Positions 26,896 to 40,395 of a DNA stretch of 64,000 bases are shown piece after piece. Origin of the DNA: Tubulanus polymorphus (taxonomy: Eukaryota > Animalia > Nemertea); NCBI RefSeq assembly GCF_964204645.1, contig NC_134030.1, positions 17,568,210-17,632,209 of the forward strand, given 5' to 3'. The notes beneath the pieces were generated by a model. It was not told where the DNA came from. It did not search any database and saw only the letters and a list, made by a program, of their open reading frames with translations. The translations under genes and the position numbers were made by a program. The first letter of the stretch is position 1, and each line of letters opens with the position of its first letter.

Positions 26896-26957
26896 ACAGC
26901 GAAATGGTCACCACACTAACCAGACAAACTTAAATCCTCCGTCAGTCACCATTAATC

Positions 26958-27055
26958 TATGGTTTAGTGGTTAACGTGCTCGGCTGACATACTGAAGGTG
27001 TCAGGATCGAGTCCTGCTAGGGTTAGGGATGTACGCGAGCTAGGGTTAGGGTTAC
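26958..27055 (+). other. tRNA-derived (SINE-head-like) sequence followed by TTAGGG-like units
   Basis: A-box-like tggtttagtgg and B-box-like ggatcgagtcc; no intact acceptor stem. Confidence 0.45.
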
Positions 27056-27852
27056 TAAATAGCTAGGATTGGGATCACTGGCGACTCAGATGCTTACAGG
27101 TTACGCTATTGAAAAACTTTTTTTTATTTCTTAAGTGGGTTGATATACACATAAAACTTTGGTGACTCAAAACGTCCTCGATACTAAATAATTATTAAAA
27201 TGTCATTCATTTGTTCTCGGCCAATACGAGGTCACGTGATGCGCGCTAGACCAGTTTAAACCAGTTTCGCTATCTACTTCGATATGTAGATTTTGTACTA
27301 TTTTAGCCAATCAGTGACGAGTATGACTGATTATGCGTCCAATCACTGATGAGGATGTTTTAGGAGCTGGACCCGGTGTAAATAATATCAATTATTAAAT
27401 CAAATCAATTGCTATAAGATATTTAAGTTTCTGATACACATGAATATACCTTATTCAATCGAGGAATGAATTGAATTTAGTAGATACCCGCAGTTTATAG
27501 AGCGAAGATGGATTATAACAGTTGGACATGTGTAAGTTTACTGACCCCAATAGTTAGATAATGTAAAATGTAACGCATTGTTCGACCATTCTTGTCGTAC
27601 GTGGCGTTGTACCATAGATAGACCTCTTATACAACTGGTATGTCTTCAAACCTAGAGGTGCTCGCACATGTCTCCCGTAAAATTTAGACGAATATCACAT
27701 ATACTTGTGAATTACACATATTCTAAATAGTTCAAGATGTGACTGGTAAAGGTGAGTTTGTTGTAGTTTTGATAAAGTCAAACATTGAAATATTTGCCAC
27801 CAATTTTATGTTGATTTCTTCAACAATTTTCTGACCCAAATTTGAAGATTCT

Positions 27853-27942
27853 ATTACCCACTCCCGGCACGGGGAGGTAGTGACGAAAAATAACAATACG
27901 GGACTCAATCAAGGCCCCGTAATTGGAATGAGTACACTTTAA
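27853..27942 (+). rRNA. Isolated ~90-bp 18S rRNA fragment (pseudogenic)
   Basis: attacccactcccggcacggggaggtagtgacgaaaaataacaatacgggactc..ggccccgtaattggaatgagtacactttaa is conserved metazoan 18S sequence; the flanks are not rDNA. Confidence 0.9.
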
Positions 27943-29732
27943 TTGACGATTTGAAAATATTTTCTGAAAGCGGTGAAAACTCTGTGTTTTGTACAACTGT
28001 CAAAAGTCAACTCATTTTTTTAAATCTGTATTGTATGAATTTATTTGTAGGTTTCGCGTTTGGTCGCGATTTTGGATCCTTTTCCTGTATTTGGTTTTAA
28101 GCGCCATCCAAACCCGGTAGGTTCACATACATGTAAAGTCAAAAATGGAATTTTTATTGGCCTACGAATTTCTGGGAATTTCTTGCTTTTTCAGGATTTA
28201 TTAGGAATAGAATCGCGTTCAAACTAATTCAGGATTATATAGTATAAACTGTTCTCAAAAGCTGAACTGTTGTTAAAAACACAAGGATTCAAATTGACTC
28301 TGATTATGACTGGATTCATACATTACACACACAGGATTGGATAAACTGTAAGTAAGAAAAACATTAACGGCTGAAATTATGTTTTATAGGTTTAGTTATT
28401 TATTAGGAACTTACTCGGTGAGTTAGTAAGTTATAGAAATTAGTACAATATATATCAAATAAAATACGGTAGTTTAAATATAAATTTGGGTGCTATACGC
28501 GGCGAGGGACCTGGGAGATCTCAGGTGGACATCAGTTGGAGGAAGCAATTTGTTTATTTTGATGCCTAATGTCTTTATTTCAGGATCCCGTATTTCATGG
28601 GTTTTTTTCCAGGGTTTCTTTCTATATTTGCAGGTGTTTTTTTCTTTTTTTAGAATTTCCGTTTTTTCAAATTCATTGTTTTACTAGACAACGTCTATTA
28701 TGTACTTTTCTTGAAATAAACAGAACAATTTCAGGGTCATTGCTGAGACAAGACCCCAGAAAACTAGGCCACAGAGTACGTGTCTTCACCCCCAGCACAC
28801 AACAGAGTGGCCAGATTCAGGTGCGGCCTGTATGTTCTATTTCAGTGGGAAGAACAAGACCCCTAGTCACAGAAGATTGAACCTGAAGTTGAATGATGAA
28901 TAGGAGGCGCTGTAGGTAAGACGCGGTACCGGGGGGGGGGGGGTGAGGTCCAGTAACTCTGAGCGCTCAATCTCTCCTCATAAACACGTTATCCTTCGCC
29001 GGAACTTTTTTACTGGTGTAAGATTAGACAGGGCCCAGTCCATTTTAGAAATGGAAACTTGTGTAAGATTAGACCGGGCCCAGTCCATTTTAGAAATGGA
29101 AACTTGTGTAAGATTAGACCGGGTCCAGTCCTATCTTCTCTCCCTACAATGAAAAATGCCCAGCTCCAAATAAACACCACACAACAACCTTTATAAACTA
29201 GATGACGGTCTTTATTTTTAACAGAATATATTGGGCTTGAAGTGACTGTCCAAGCCCCAAGCGTACATTATTTTCAGTAGAATATAGTTCTTAGACTATA
29301 GTTCTAATATACTATTCTAGACTCTTAGAATATAGACCTTCTCCGTCCCGTACATGAATAAGCATTTGGTTAACAATAAAATAGACATGAAATACAAAAT
29401 TATATAAGCAATTGACTACAGCGAGCAAGACAAAAATAGTGAATATCAGATTATCTCGAAAAAAATCTCCATTTGTTGAGATTTATTGCCATGGCGACCG
29501 CAAAATATATACGATTACGATTACGATTACGATTACGATTTATTTACACTCCAACCATTTCCATGGTATATGGAGGAAAACTATTACACATGTATATACA
29601 AATATTTACAGAACAACACTAAAGTGATTAAAATTTAGAGAATGAAAACGTAACGAAATATATATATACATCAACTATTTACAATACTATATATACTATT
29701 ATATACATCAACTATTTACAATACTATATATA

Positions 29733-32700
29733 CTATTGAAGGGATCTATATACATCTAAGCCGGTCTTAATGAATTTAGCTAAGTTGACCGGTGGGTTTT
29801 TCAGAATATCAAGGGTATTAAAGGTATTCAAATTCAAAAAGTTTTTGCGTTGTTCGTTAAGTAAGGTACAGTCAAACAGAAAATGGGATTCGTCACCTAA
29901 AGTATTACAAGTGGGGCATATTCTATCGGCTCTGTCTAAATGAAGGTTTGAGAATTTGTTCACAGGTAAAATATAGGACCCGACCCTAAATTCAAATAAA
30001 CTAGTTCCTAAGTCATCACCAAGTTCTATTATATACTTCTCTAACCTAATATCATTTTTATATTGCCTAAAGTTAGTGTATATCGGATTAGTATTTATGG
30101 CAGATACAGTTTCTTGAAGGTGCTGGTCACGGAGTATCTGTTTTATTCGTTTTGAAAAAGATTTACTGTTAGTCATGAATTGCTGCGTCCAAATGCAGGA
30201 CAAACCACAGTCATCAAACGTTTTCTTTATATATGATAACCAAGGGCTCTTAAATTTATCCCTTAAAAATAAATTGAAAGATATTTTATAGAGTATTGAA
30301 TTAAGTTTGGTTTGCTTTCCAGATACTGTTTTCACCCAAAAGTTAATCATCCTGCGTCTAACATCTATATTCAAAGGGTAACGTCCTAGCTCTGATAAAA
30401 CTTGTAAGTTGCGAGAATATTTCGTCACTTTCATTAAGATTTTACAGAAGAAGCAATGAATATTTTCTAATAAATCAAGATTTTCATATCCCCAGATCTC
30501 ACACCTATACATGGCTATTGGAGCAACACACGTATCAAATAATTTAAACATAACATCTATGGGCAATTTCAAACGTCTGCCTTTTTGAACGATCGAAAAC
30601 ATAGCTCTGATAGCTTTATCGTAAAGATACTTTTTTGCCTTAGCAAAGTTACCATTCCAATTGAATTTTACTCCGAGATAAACATAATCTTCCACTACCT
30701 CTAACTCTTGATCACCAAACATAAATTTCGAAATCGTTTTTATCCGGGATTTACTTCGCGCAAATACTAGTACTTTAGTTTTCTCTGAGTTAACAGTGAG
30801 ACCATTAGCCGCGCAATATTCAAATAAGGTATCTAAGTGTAGCTGAAGAGATTTCTCATCCTCAGCAAGAATAACTGTATCATCTGCGTATAGTATTATG
30901 AATAAATTCAGTAAAGTATCAATATCCTGATCACGATTCAAATTTAGTTTTTCTATAAATGACAAAGTCGGTTTTCCACGATCAATGAAAAATTCTTCAA
31001 TGTCGTTTAAGAATAACGAAAAGAGGATAGGTGAGAGATTTTCGCCTTGTCTTAAGCCTCTATCAGCTGCAAAGTATTGTGACGTGCAACCATTTAATTC
31101 AACACATGATTTTATGGAGTTATACATATTTTTGACCACATTGAAAAAGTTTCCATTAACATTGTTAGCAATTAATTTTCGCCATAACTTTACCCTACAA
31201 ATCGAGTCGAAAGCTTTCTTAAAATCAACAAAGGCGCAAAAAAGTCTTCTTCCCTGACAAAGATACAGCTCTACGATTGTTTTAAGCGTGTAAATATGAT
31301 CAATGGTGGAATATTTCGATCTAAAGCCAGCCTGGGCTTCACTTATAATGTGATTCGTATCTAGAAATGTTGACAATCTTTGATTTAGGATACTTGTAAA
31401 TAATTTACCAAGACAGCTAACTAAGGTAATACCTCTATAATTATCAGGATTAGAGGGATCGCCATTCTTTTTGAAAATGGGTTTGATGACGCCTATAGAC
31501 CACATCTCTGGAACATATCCTGTTTTAAGAACTAAATTGAATAATTTTTGTAATATATCAACTAAAAACGGATACTGACTAACTCCCAACAGCTCATTCG
31601 TGATTCCATCAATGCCTGGGGCCTTATTGTTTTTGAGTAAAGAGATAGCCTTAATTACCTCATCACTGGTTATATCACTGTTCAAAATATAATTGTCATA
31701 GACAGGATGGTCACCCACGTCTGGGGGCTCATCACCGTCATCGGTTTCATTGTTAACATTATTCAAATCATTTAATCTCATAAAATGTTCAAGAAAAATA
31801 TCAATATCTATATTAGCCTCATTATTTTTTGTTCCGCTCGCAGAGTTTAGCATCGACCAATACTTTTTTGGGTTATTAATTTCGCATTCTCTCAATTCCT
31901 TAATAAATTCATCCTTTTGTTTCTTCTTATTTTCTCGGATGACCTTTTTATAGTTTTTAGACGAGTTCTTAAGGGATTCAAAATTGGAAGGGGTAGGGCA
32001 ACCCCTATATCTTTTTTTCATATAATTATATTTCTTCTGTGCATCTCGACAGTCCCTGCCAAACCATCTGTTGCGGACCGGTTTTTTGCAGTTATTACTT
32101 TTCCTACTTTTTCTATGGTACATCAAATTACACTCATCAGCACTTGATAATAAAGAAGATACAAATCTATCGGTAAATCCATTAATGTCATCTGGCGATT
32201 GATTTCCTAGATCTTGCAACCCGTCCAACAGTAACTTATCTAAATCATTATCTCGTAATCTTGATTCTACATTCAGGAAAAATTGATTTGATCTAGTACT
32301 GACCCACCTAATTGAAGTTTTAAAGTTCGCGTGTTCATTACCCCTTTCATTATCGCTAGCAATGGTGTCCCTAGAATTCGTATACACGCACAGATTAATA
32401 GGATTATGTCCATCAGATAATAATGGGTCAAAAGGCATTATTTCAAAGTCCTCAACATAACCAAACAGTTCTAAATCACACACAAAATAATCGATGACAC
32501 TAGTGTTCCTAAAAGTATAATTACCTGTCTGATCATTGCCACATCTGCCATTAAGGATAATTAGTGAATGGTTCTTACACAAATCTATTAGTTGATAGCC
32601 TGTATTATTCTTTCTTTTGTCCTGATTATTTCTAGTAGTGGGAACGCCTAAATTAATCAATGAGTCAACAATAGGGTCTATATATCATCTTGAATTATCT

Positions 32701-33200
32701 GATTATCAGGTTCCAAAAAGTCTGGCATACAAGCGGTGTGAGCATTAAAGTCACCAGAAATTAACACATTGAAATCATACTCAACTTTCAATTGCAATAA
32801 CTCTATTTCAATTTCTCTGATAGCTATTTCTGAATAATAACGACTATTTTCTGGAGGAATATAAATTACACCTAAAAGTACATGTTTGTCGCGATTAAAT
32901 AAATCTTTATCTAATAAATACCAAGATACAAACTGAGAGTCAGTCGAAATTGGTTTTATTTTATTTTTCATGAACTTCCTATATATGATACCGACGCCAC
33001 CTGATCCTTTTTTTGAAGATTTTTTCCTATTTTTAAAGTGCGCCATATGGGAGGCGGGCAAGCTACAACCTAAATTACCGTCTAAATCATCTAAGTGAGT
33101 TTCAGTTAGACATGTGATGTCATTATTGCTAATAAATTCACAGAATTCTGGGATATCGAGTTTAGCTATAAGGCCACATACATTCAGCGTAGAAAACTTT
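29733..33200 (-). CDS. LINE ORF2 (APE endonuclease, RT, C-terminal Cys/His motif); one frameshift at ~32670
   Basis: STLNVCGL..TCLTETH, SGDFNAHT, VIDYF, SDGHNPI; NYRGITL, QAGFR, FVDFKKAFD, GLRQGENLSPILF, LYADD; CPTC..GDESHFLFDC. Confidence 0.93.
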
Positions 33201-33535
33201 AATGATGATTTGATACAAGGAATTTCACTTATGTTTGCTGCGTTTGCTGTACTAGTTAAATTTTGCTTATTTAAATCAGAAGTGTTAATATTTCGCTTAT
33301 TTACATCAGAAATGAAATTGTTAGGAGTTACATCAGGTACATGATTGTTACTATTTACATCAGGGTATGTATCTACCGTATGAGAATTTACATGCGAGCC
33401 AACGATATCTGTATTTACATTTGGATAACTGTCACATAAATTTACACTATTTACAAATTCTATAACATAACAACAACTTCGAGATACAAGGACAGTCCGG
33501 TCTACGAATTGTACGCAAAGTCCCTCCGCTGGTTC

Positions 33536-34321
33536 CTAGTGGCTGTCCATCGGTACGCGGTCACGGTTTTCGCGGATAACGAGTTTGTCCCGTACAAAGA
33601 AAGCTTGTTTTCCGTTCGCTTTCGCAGCTCTCAGCTCGGGTAGCTTTTCGCGTCGTCTCGCCGCCCATTCCTCAGGCACCTGTTCATTCAGTCCTAAAGA
33701 CGAGCCCGGGAGATTTTTCGCAACTGAACGTACCAGTTCACGATCTTTGAAGAACTCGAATTTTGCAACAATTGGGCGCGGTTTTTTCTGTTCGTTTTTC
33801 CTTCGTCCAAGGCGATGTGTTCGCGCGAATTTGAATGAGTCCACGGTCGTCTTCGGTAACTTAAGGTCTTTCTCGCAAAAGCCTTTAATTAAGTCCTCGG
33901 TATTCTCATTTTCGGATTCCTCGACGCCGTAAAAGATCAAATTATCGCGCATGCTACGCCATTGCTGATCTAGGAGTAGTTCATGGTCCGATTTGATAAT
34001 TGCGTCCTGATCAGCGACGACTTTCTCTAAATCGCGAACTTTGCTTCTAAGTTGTTCGTTTTCACTCTTTAGTTGTAATACGTCCTGGTGGCAAAATTCA
34101 AGCGATTGTTTAACTTCGGTCATGTCCCTCTGCAAGTCGTCTAGAAGCTCTAATTTCGAAAGCTGGGAAAGAATCGCATCAAGTTTTGACGATATTCCAT
34201 TGTCTGCTTCCACACGTGATGCCGTTTCCTCAGTCGATTTATGATTCTGGCGATTCGGACGATTTGATGCTGCAGTCTTCTGCTTCTTGTTAGGGGGTGA
34301 AACACTTTGTCTTCCCGCCAT
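33536..34321 (-). CDS. LINE ORF1 (coiled coil + RRM-like RNA-binding domain)
   Basis: Heptad region, then SMRDNLIFYGVEE..RTHRLG..PRPIVAKF, typical of LINE ORF1p. Confidence 0.85.
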   Translation of the reverse strand: MAGRQSVSPPNKKQKTAASNRPNRQNHKSTEETASRVEADNGISSKLDAILSQLSKLELLDDLQRDMTEVKQSLEFCHQDVLQLKSENEQLRSKVRDLEKVVADQDAIIKSDHELLLDQQWRSMRDNLIFYGVEESENENTEDLIKGFCEKDLKLPKTTVDSFKFARTHRLGRRKNEQKKPRPIVAKFEFFKDRELVRSVAKNLPGSSLGLNEQVPEEWAARRREKLPELRAAKANGKQAFFVRDKLVIRENRDRVPMDSH

Positions 34322-34915
34322 TTTCTCCAGGTCTCACCGAATATCACACAGATTTTGTGGTTGATAAAGAAAAACAAATCGGTTAAGTTTCAATATATAG
34401 AAACGGGATTAACTGGACGCAAAGAATTAAACTAATCTAGGCCCTACGCACGTTAGTTCGTTTGTCATCAACCGGTGCGATTAGTCTTTGTCGACTATGC
34501 AATGTTAATTCGTTTGATATAAGCTAGTTTTTAGTGTCTGTCGTGGCCGAATAATTAATACTAAATTCTCAGCTAATACGGGCAAAACGCACAAAAACGG
34601 CAACGGAATATAATAGATCTAAGGTAGAAAAAATAGTTTCCTTGGATAATGTTTGTAAGTGAAATGTGAAAATTTACCTTGACGGTCGTTTAGGTAATTC
34701 AAGGAGCGCGCCGAAAGTACGTCCGCACAGTTCAGTAGATTTGGTGGCTCCTTCAATATAATATAAGCAATTGACTTCAGCGCGCAAGACAAAAATAGTG
34801 AAACGATTAAAATCAGTAAGAAGAGAACAAAAATTGAAAAGATATATGAAGTAATATTTAGTCCATATCTCACACTTGACGATGATCTTGTGTGAGATCG
34901 AATCATCGGGTTTTT

Positions 34916-37900
34916 TTAACTTGATTGCATAAATTCTCGATATATTCGATCTACATCTATTTTTACTCTCAGTCTTTTATTGAGTTTTTTAAGTTCTGAT
35001 ATGATGTTATCTCTCGTCGTATCGGGGTCGGTGCTCCAGCAGCCGATATGCAGGTCAGAAAGATGCGGAAGATTATCGATTAATTCGACGATTGATTTGA
35101 CGAATAAATCTATATCGTGCTGTGTATTAATCGGCGCTGTGCGTAAATTGCAGAACTTTAACCAGCGAATTGATGAGACGTGTTTTAGTTGTTTTAAGAT
35201 GCAATTGTCCTGTTCCGGTCTATCAAGCCCGCTATCAATACTGACTACTCGCAGCTGATTTACCGCATCTGATGATAGATACCGAACAAGTGCGTCACCA
35301 TCAGCTTCTGACCGCAATACTATTGATAATACAGTCAGCCGCGGCAGGTGAGCTAGAACGCGGTTTGATTGTAAATAAAATCCGTCAATGACAAGACGCT
35401 TTAGTTTCCGCATTAAACCGACGCTATCACTGATTGCTACATGTTGATCTGTCGTTAGTTCGCGTAGTTCGCGCAGTTCGCGCAGTTCGCGCAGTCCGAG
35501 CAATCCGAGCAGTCCTCGCAGTCCGAGCAGTCCGCGCATTTCGTACGGTTCGAACTGAATTGATTCGATGTGTGAAGATTCTAACGCGTTGTTAAAATCT
35601 TTTAATCCCTCCGAACCGATCAAATTCTTATCGAATTTTACTCCACTAAGATGTAAGCTTTTCAAACTCGGAATGATGTTTATCAGCTCTCTCATCTTAT
35701 TTCTATCGAGCTGATATCCCCGCGACCTGAGATATAGAAGTTTTAAGGATGGATACGATTTGTGAATATTGACTGAAATATTACCTAAACGTTCCGCACT
35801 AACACCAGTAACTCCAGTATCAATAATCAGACTCTCCACTGTATTGTGTGTGTTAGTATCACCACTGATCAACTGCGCGTCAGCTCCAGATTTAATCACG
35901 TGACTTGTCTTAATCCAATCATTATTGAGTTTCTTGTAACATTCACCAGTGTCGTTGAATTCATCTCGCCACACAAACCAGTTTATACTGTTACTCTTCT
36001 TACACATAGTCAAGCACTGATCGGGTATTGGTGACCACCTGCGTGTATCTATTATCATACCGTGAAGACTAGTGTTACTCGCTATGGCTTTTTCCAATAC
36101 ACGGTATTCGTCGGGTTTCAGTTCGAAAATACCTTGTATGTAAACTACCTCGATCTGACATTGTTTGTGTTCTAGTATTTTTGCGAGCGCGTTTATCCAC
36201 GATCTGCTATACGCAGATACGATCAACATTTTCTGCATGTAGGGAACTATTTCACTAATGGCGTCGTCCGGCCAGTCGGCTTCATTCAGGCATATTGACA
36301 ACTGTTCAGATAAAACAGTTCTTTCGGATCTTTCGAGTTCGATGAAGCGTTCGTAATCGGGGATGAGCGCCATCTCCCTAGTAACCGTACCCAAGAAATG
36401 GGACTTCACTATTGTGACTGCTTTTAAATGTTCATCTATTAAAGTCTTGGAAAGTTCACCGAGGCCGCGGTTATACTTGTAACGATACAGCAGCCCTGCC
36501 ATGAATCTCGGGTATAATTCACCATATTTCACAAGTTCGTCCTGTAGTTGATCAAACGCGCATTTATTCCAGGGTATTTCACCACTGTTGTTGAATTGCA
36601 CGACCGAGTGTACCGCCGCCAGAAATTCGTGCACAGATTTGTGTATGAACCGTAGCTGGACGGAGCGGTCTGATTTCCGTCGCGGCGACACCTCTTTGCA
36701 CGTCAAAGCCGTCCTCTTCGATTCGTCGAGTTTGAGATGATTTTCGCTGAAGCTGTTTTGATGCTCGATGAGCGTCTTATATGCGACTTGACAAATTTCT
36801 TTAAGCGCTTCAGAATTTTCGATGTCCCCAAAAAAACATTCCTTCGACAAGTCGAGGCCCTCGCGTTTACTGATCAGAAAACATGTCAAATCGATGTAGA
36901 TATCGGTGAGTTTTGATGGTATCGTAATTTCTTCCTCGTCCATAAACAGACAAAAAAACATATGTAGTATCAGCGGGTTGTAGTAGATACTTTCAAATAT
37001 AGGTGGCACTGCGTCTTTAAGCTTGCGGAATAGCAAATATGGATTGCGCTCGGGGAATTTTCTCTTCATAATATCGATGACTTCTTCTTGTTCGAAGCCG
37101 GATATCGATACAACGGTGAATTTGGGATCAGTGACGATCTTGCTGCCCCCGGACTCACGTGTTGTTATGACGATATGCGCTTTCGGTAATTTATTGGTCA
37201 CGTGTACGATATATTCCTTCGCTTTATCGTTTTTCAACTCGTCGAAGCCGTCTAGAAAAAATAACGCTTTTTCTGCATTTTCCCGTAAGAATTCTTTAAA
37301 ACCATCAATCGGCAGAACCTTTCTGATTTCTGGATTCAAAAGATTTTCGTAAATGTACGTATAAATACACGCGTTATCAGCGGGCAGTTCATTTAACGGT
37401 ATATAGAATAACATAGGAAACTCCGTTGTTGATGTTGTCCAGGTTAACACTTGATTAACAATCTGAGTAGTTTTACCCATACCGGGTTCACCCACGAGGC
37501 ACACGGGTTTCATAGCACGCTTGTCATGAGTGAAAAGCTTCTTGAAATCATCAGGTAAAATCACTGGCGGCTCCTCACTTTCTTTATTTTCCTTCGGGTT
37601 TCGTTTTTGGGCTCGAATTTTCGCGTGTTCTTGGGTGAAGAAGTCGTTGAAATTGGTGACGTCATCGCTCCACCAAACCTCTTTGTAATTTTCAACATCG
37701 ATCATTCGTTTATACGTTTCTTTCAGGCTCTTCTGAACTTGAGTAACATCTGTAAAAATGAATTCAGTTTGAGATTTTTTAGAATTTCTATGGCGGCTGA
37801 TTTTGCCTCAAAATCATAGAATCAGAAATTGTCATGAGCTAAAATTTTACAATTGACAGCAGTTACAAAATATGCCTATGTACCAAAGAAATACTGAGTT

Positions 37901-40395
37901 ATTCTGCTATTCAACGTCCCCTAGTGGCCTTAAACAAAAAACATACTAGAATTTTTCAATTGATTTAAGAAATTACGTTAAAATTGAATGATGAAAAAAA
38001 ACCTGTCTGATCACATCACAACACATCGCAACAGAAAATACCAAGCAATTAGGAAGCTACAGGTCTCGGAATTTAGACCAAAAATAGGTACAAAAAGGTC
38101 TCAGGACGGCCATCGTGAGTCCGATCGACCCAATTTTAACTTTTTCTTATGCTGATGTGCGCTGTGAAGATATATACTTATAAAAGATAAAGGATATTGA
38201 TTAAAGCCATTCCAATATTTGATGAATTTTCATTATAAGTAATTTGTTTATAATTAAGATTGAAATTATGTTATTTTCGATTTTCAATTCTCATGTTAAT
38301 CAAATCATTGTAACCTTTAGAAAGTATCAAATCATCATTTCTTTCTTTAAAGGGAGTTTCAAGAATATTCATTATTTTTTCATCAATTACCTTCGTAATC
38401 CTAAACTGTATTGAATATTTTAGGATTTTTGGTGCCATTATGGAAAGTATCTATTAGTTCAGTAATTAAATATGTTTCATTTAATAGTATTTGATTAATT
38501 ACAGTAATATTATCTATTTTATTTTGTCTTCCATTAACTAAATTTGTTGCTGAGATATATTTTTTAATGTTTAAAAGTGAAAATAATTCATTGGTTTCTT
38601 TTATTTCAATTTTATATTCAGTTTCTTATTCTTCTTTCTTCATCTATAACAAAACTTTTATTAAAAAAAATTTTTTAGATATTTTATATTTAAAGATATA
38701 ACTTATACAAATGTAAACATTCTATGTTATAAATCTATATTATTTTACTAACACTTTACTCACACTTATTCATATAAAAAAATTTGAGTAATTCACTGTT
38801 TTTTTTAGTGAAGGAATATAATTTTATAGTAAAAACATAGTAAATCTAAATTATTTTGCTAGCACTTTACTCACTCTTATCTATATATGAGGTCTTTAAG
38901 GTATTTAGGAGCCGCACCATGGATACACTTGAATACTTGTATTATGTTTTTAGTTAATAAATTTAACAACTAAAAACATAATATATCTATACCATATATG
39001 AAATTATTAGAGTAATAGGGTTTTAGTTGTTTCATATCAGAGGTTGAAAGTTCGACGAAAGGTTCGGGATTTAAAAAATATGAGAATATAACTAATTGAT
39101 AATTAGTAATATTTTCATATTTTTAAAATTTTCGACCTTTCGTCGACCTTTCGACCTCTGATATGAAACAACTAAAACCCTATTACTAATAAAGCATAAA
39201 ACTCGAAGAAAGTTTATGGGCAAAATGTTTGGAAAAAGGCAAGATGCATGTAATTAGAATGGAACAGAGGCAAATTTGAAAGGCGTGCAATAATGTGGCG
39301 CTAATTAATTTTCGCGACTGAAAAATGAACAGTCGAGCAATTCATGCCTGAAATGTGGCTACAGAAACTGATCGTATGTTTACTAGATTTTGAGTAGGTG
39401 TCAGTCAAAAGTTCTCTAAATAGCATAAATATGTGTGAACTGGCTGCCTGTCAGCCATCTTGATTGTGAACAGGGACAATCCGAAATAACTGGATTCCAG
39501 GCGGTTGGACGGACAGACGAAAAGTGAACGTAATAGCCAGCTGGGCAAAAAAAACAATCATACGCCACCTGGTGGATAGAATGTCTTGAAATAATTTTCC
39601 ATCATTTTAGTTAAAGATTTGGAAATGGTTATTTTGCTAATGTGGCATTATTTGAGTAAACGCTATTTTGCCAATGGCTATTTATAATAAGATATCGTAA
39701 TAAAATATAACGATAACATCATTATATTGGTTTTAGGGTCAGGGTTTCGATAGGGTTGGGGTCTAGAGGGTTAGGGTGAGGTTTAGGGTCCGTTTTTACC
39801 CCTAGGGATAGGGTTAGGGTAAGGAAGGTGAGTCTATATCCAGTGAAAAATTACGGGTGGTTTTGAGTGAGCCCGGTGGTCTACTGGAAAGACGTTAGAC
39901 TAGCAATCTGCTGGCCCGGATTCGAATCCCGCTCTATGTTGCTATTATCTTTAACTCTGTTCTCCACACTTTCCTTGAATTTTCTAAATCACGCACCTCT
40001 GTGCGCATGCGCGGCATCAATGAGCCAATCAGAACGCGCCATTGGCAAAATAGCGTTAACAGGAATAATGTCGCATTGGCAAACTATCCACTAAATATAT
40101 TAAAGTACATTAAAATAAACTTGCCAATGCAAAATAGAGCAATGTTTCAAATTCGCCTATGTTCCATCCTAATTACATACATCTTTAGAGACATGGTCAA
40201 AGACTTCGGACCAGTCTTATGATTTAGGATTCAAGACTCAAGCACGACGAGTTAAAATCTATAATTACCGAGATTCTCAGCAGGTCTGTCGATAGTTTGT
40301 TTATCTCCAAGGTAAACAACATTCATCGTATTATTGTCACCGATTTGAACCATTTTCGATTTATCTACATTTATTCCTGTATAACTCTGTGCCAT
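34916..40395 (-). CDS. RHIM-NACHT-LRR-like NLR receptor; coding exons 40395-40269 and 37749-34916 (~985 aa)
   Basis: Walker A GEPGMGKTT, Walker B LFFLDGFDEL, IVITTR, NPLILH, FIHKSVHEFLAA and an LxxLxL-type C-terminus. The phase-1 acceptor (tttttacag) at 37749 matches the phase-1 donor (gtaatt) at 40269. The upstream exon encodes MAQSYTGINVDKSKMVQIGDNNTMNV. The splice join is inferred. Confidence 0.85.
39011..39187. repeat. ~177-bp imperfect palindrome (fold-back)
   Basis: agtaatagggttttagttgtttcatatcagagg pairs with cctctgatatgaaacaactaaaaccctattact. Confidence 0.9.
39639..40078. mobile_element. Inverted-repeat element containing TTAGGG-like units and a tRNA-like segment
   Basis: Perfect 20-bp inverted repeat aacgctattttgccaatggc (39659) / gccattggcaaaatagcgtt (40038); tggtctactgg..ggattcgaatccc at ~39877-39930. 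Confidence 0.65.

Larger units (their letters stand above)
29511..34610 (-). mobile_element. Near-full-length non-LTR retrotransposon (APE-RT LINE) with an (AATCGT)5 3' tail
   Basis: ORF1 plus ORF2; tail seen as (acgatt)5 at 29511-29540; the 5' end is approximate and no TSD was resolved. Confidence 0.93.

Noticed and set aside
26523-26933. Repetitive ORFs on both strands
   Set aside because: 24-bp minisatellite artefacts.
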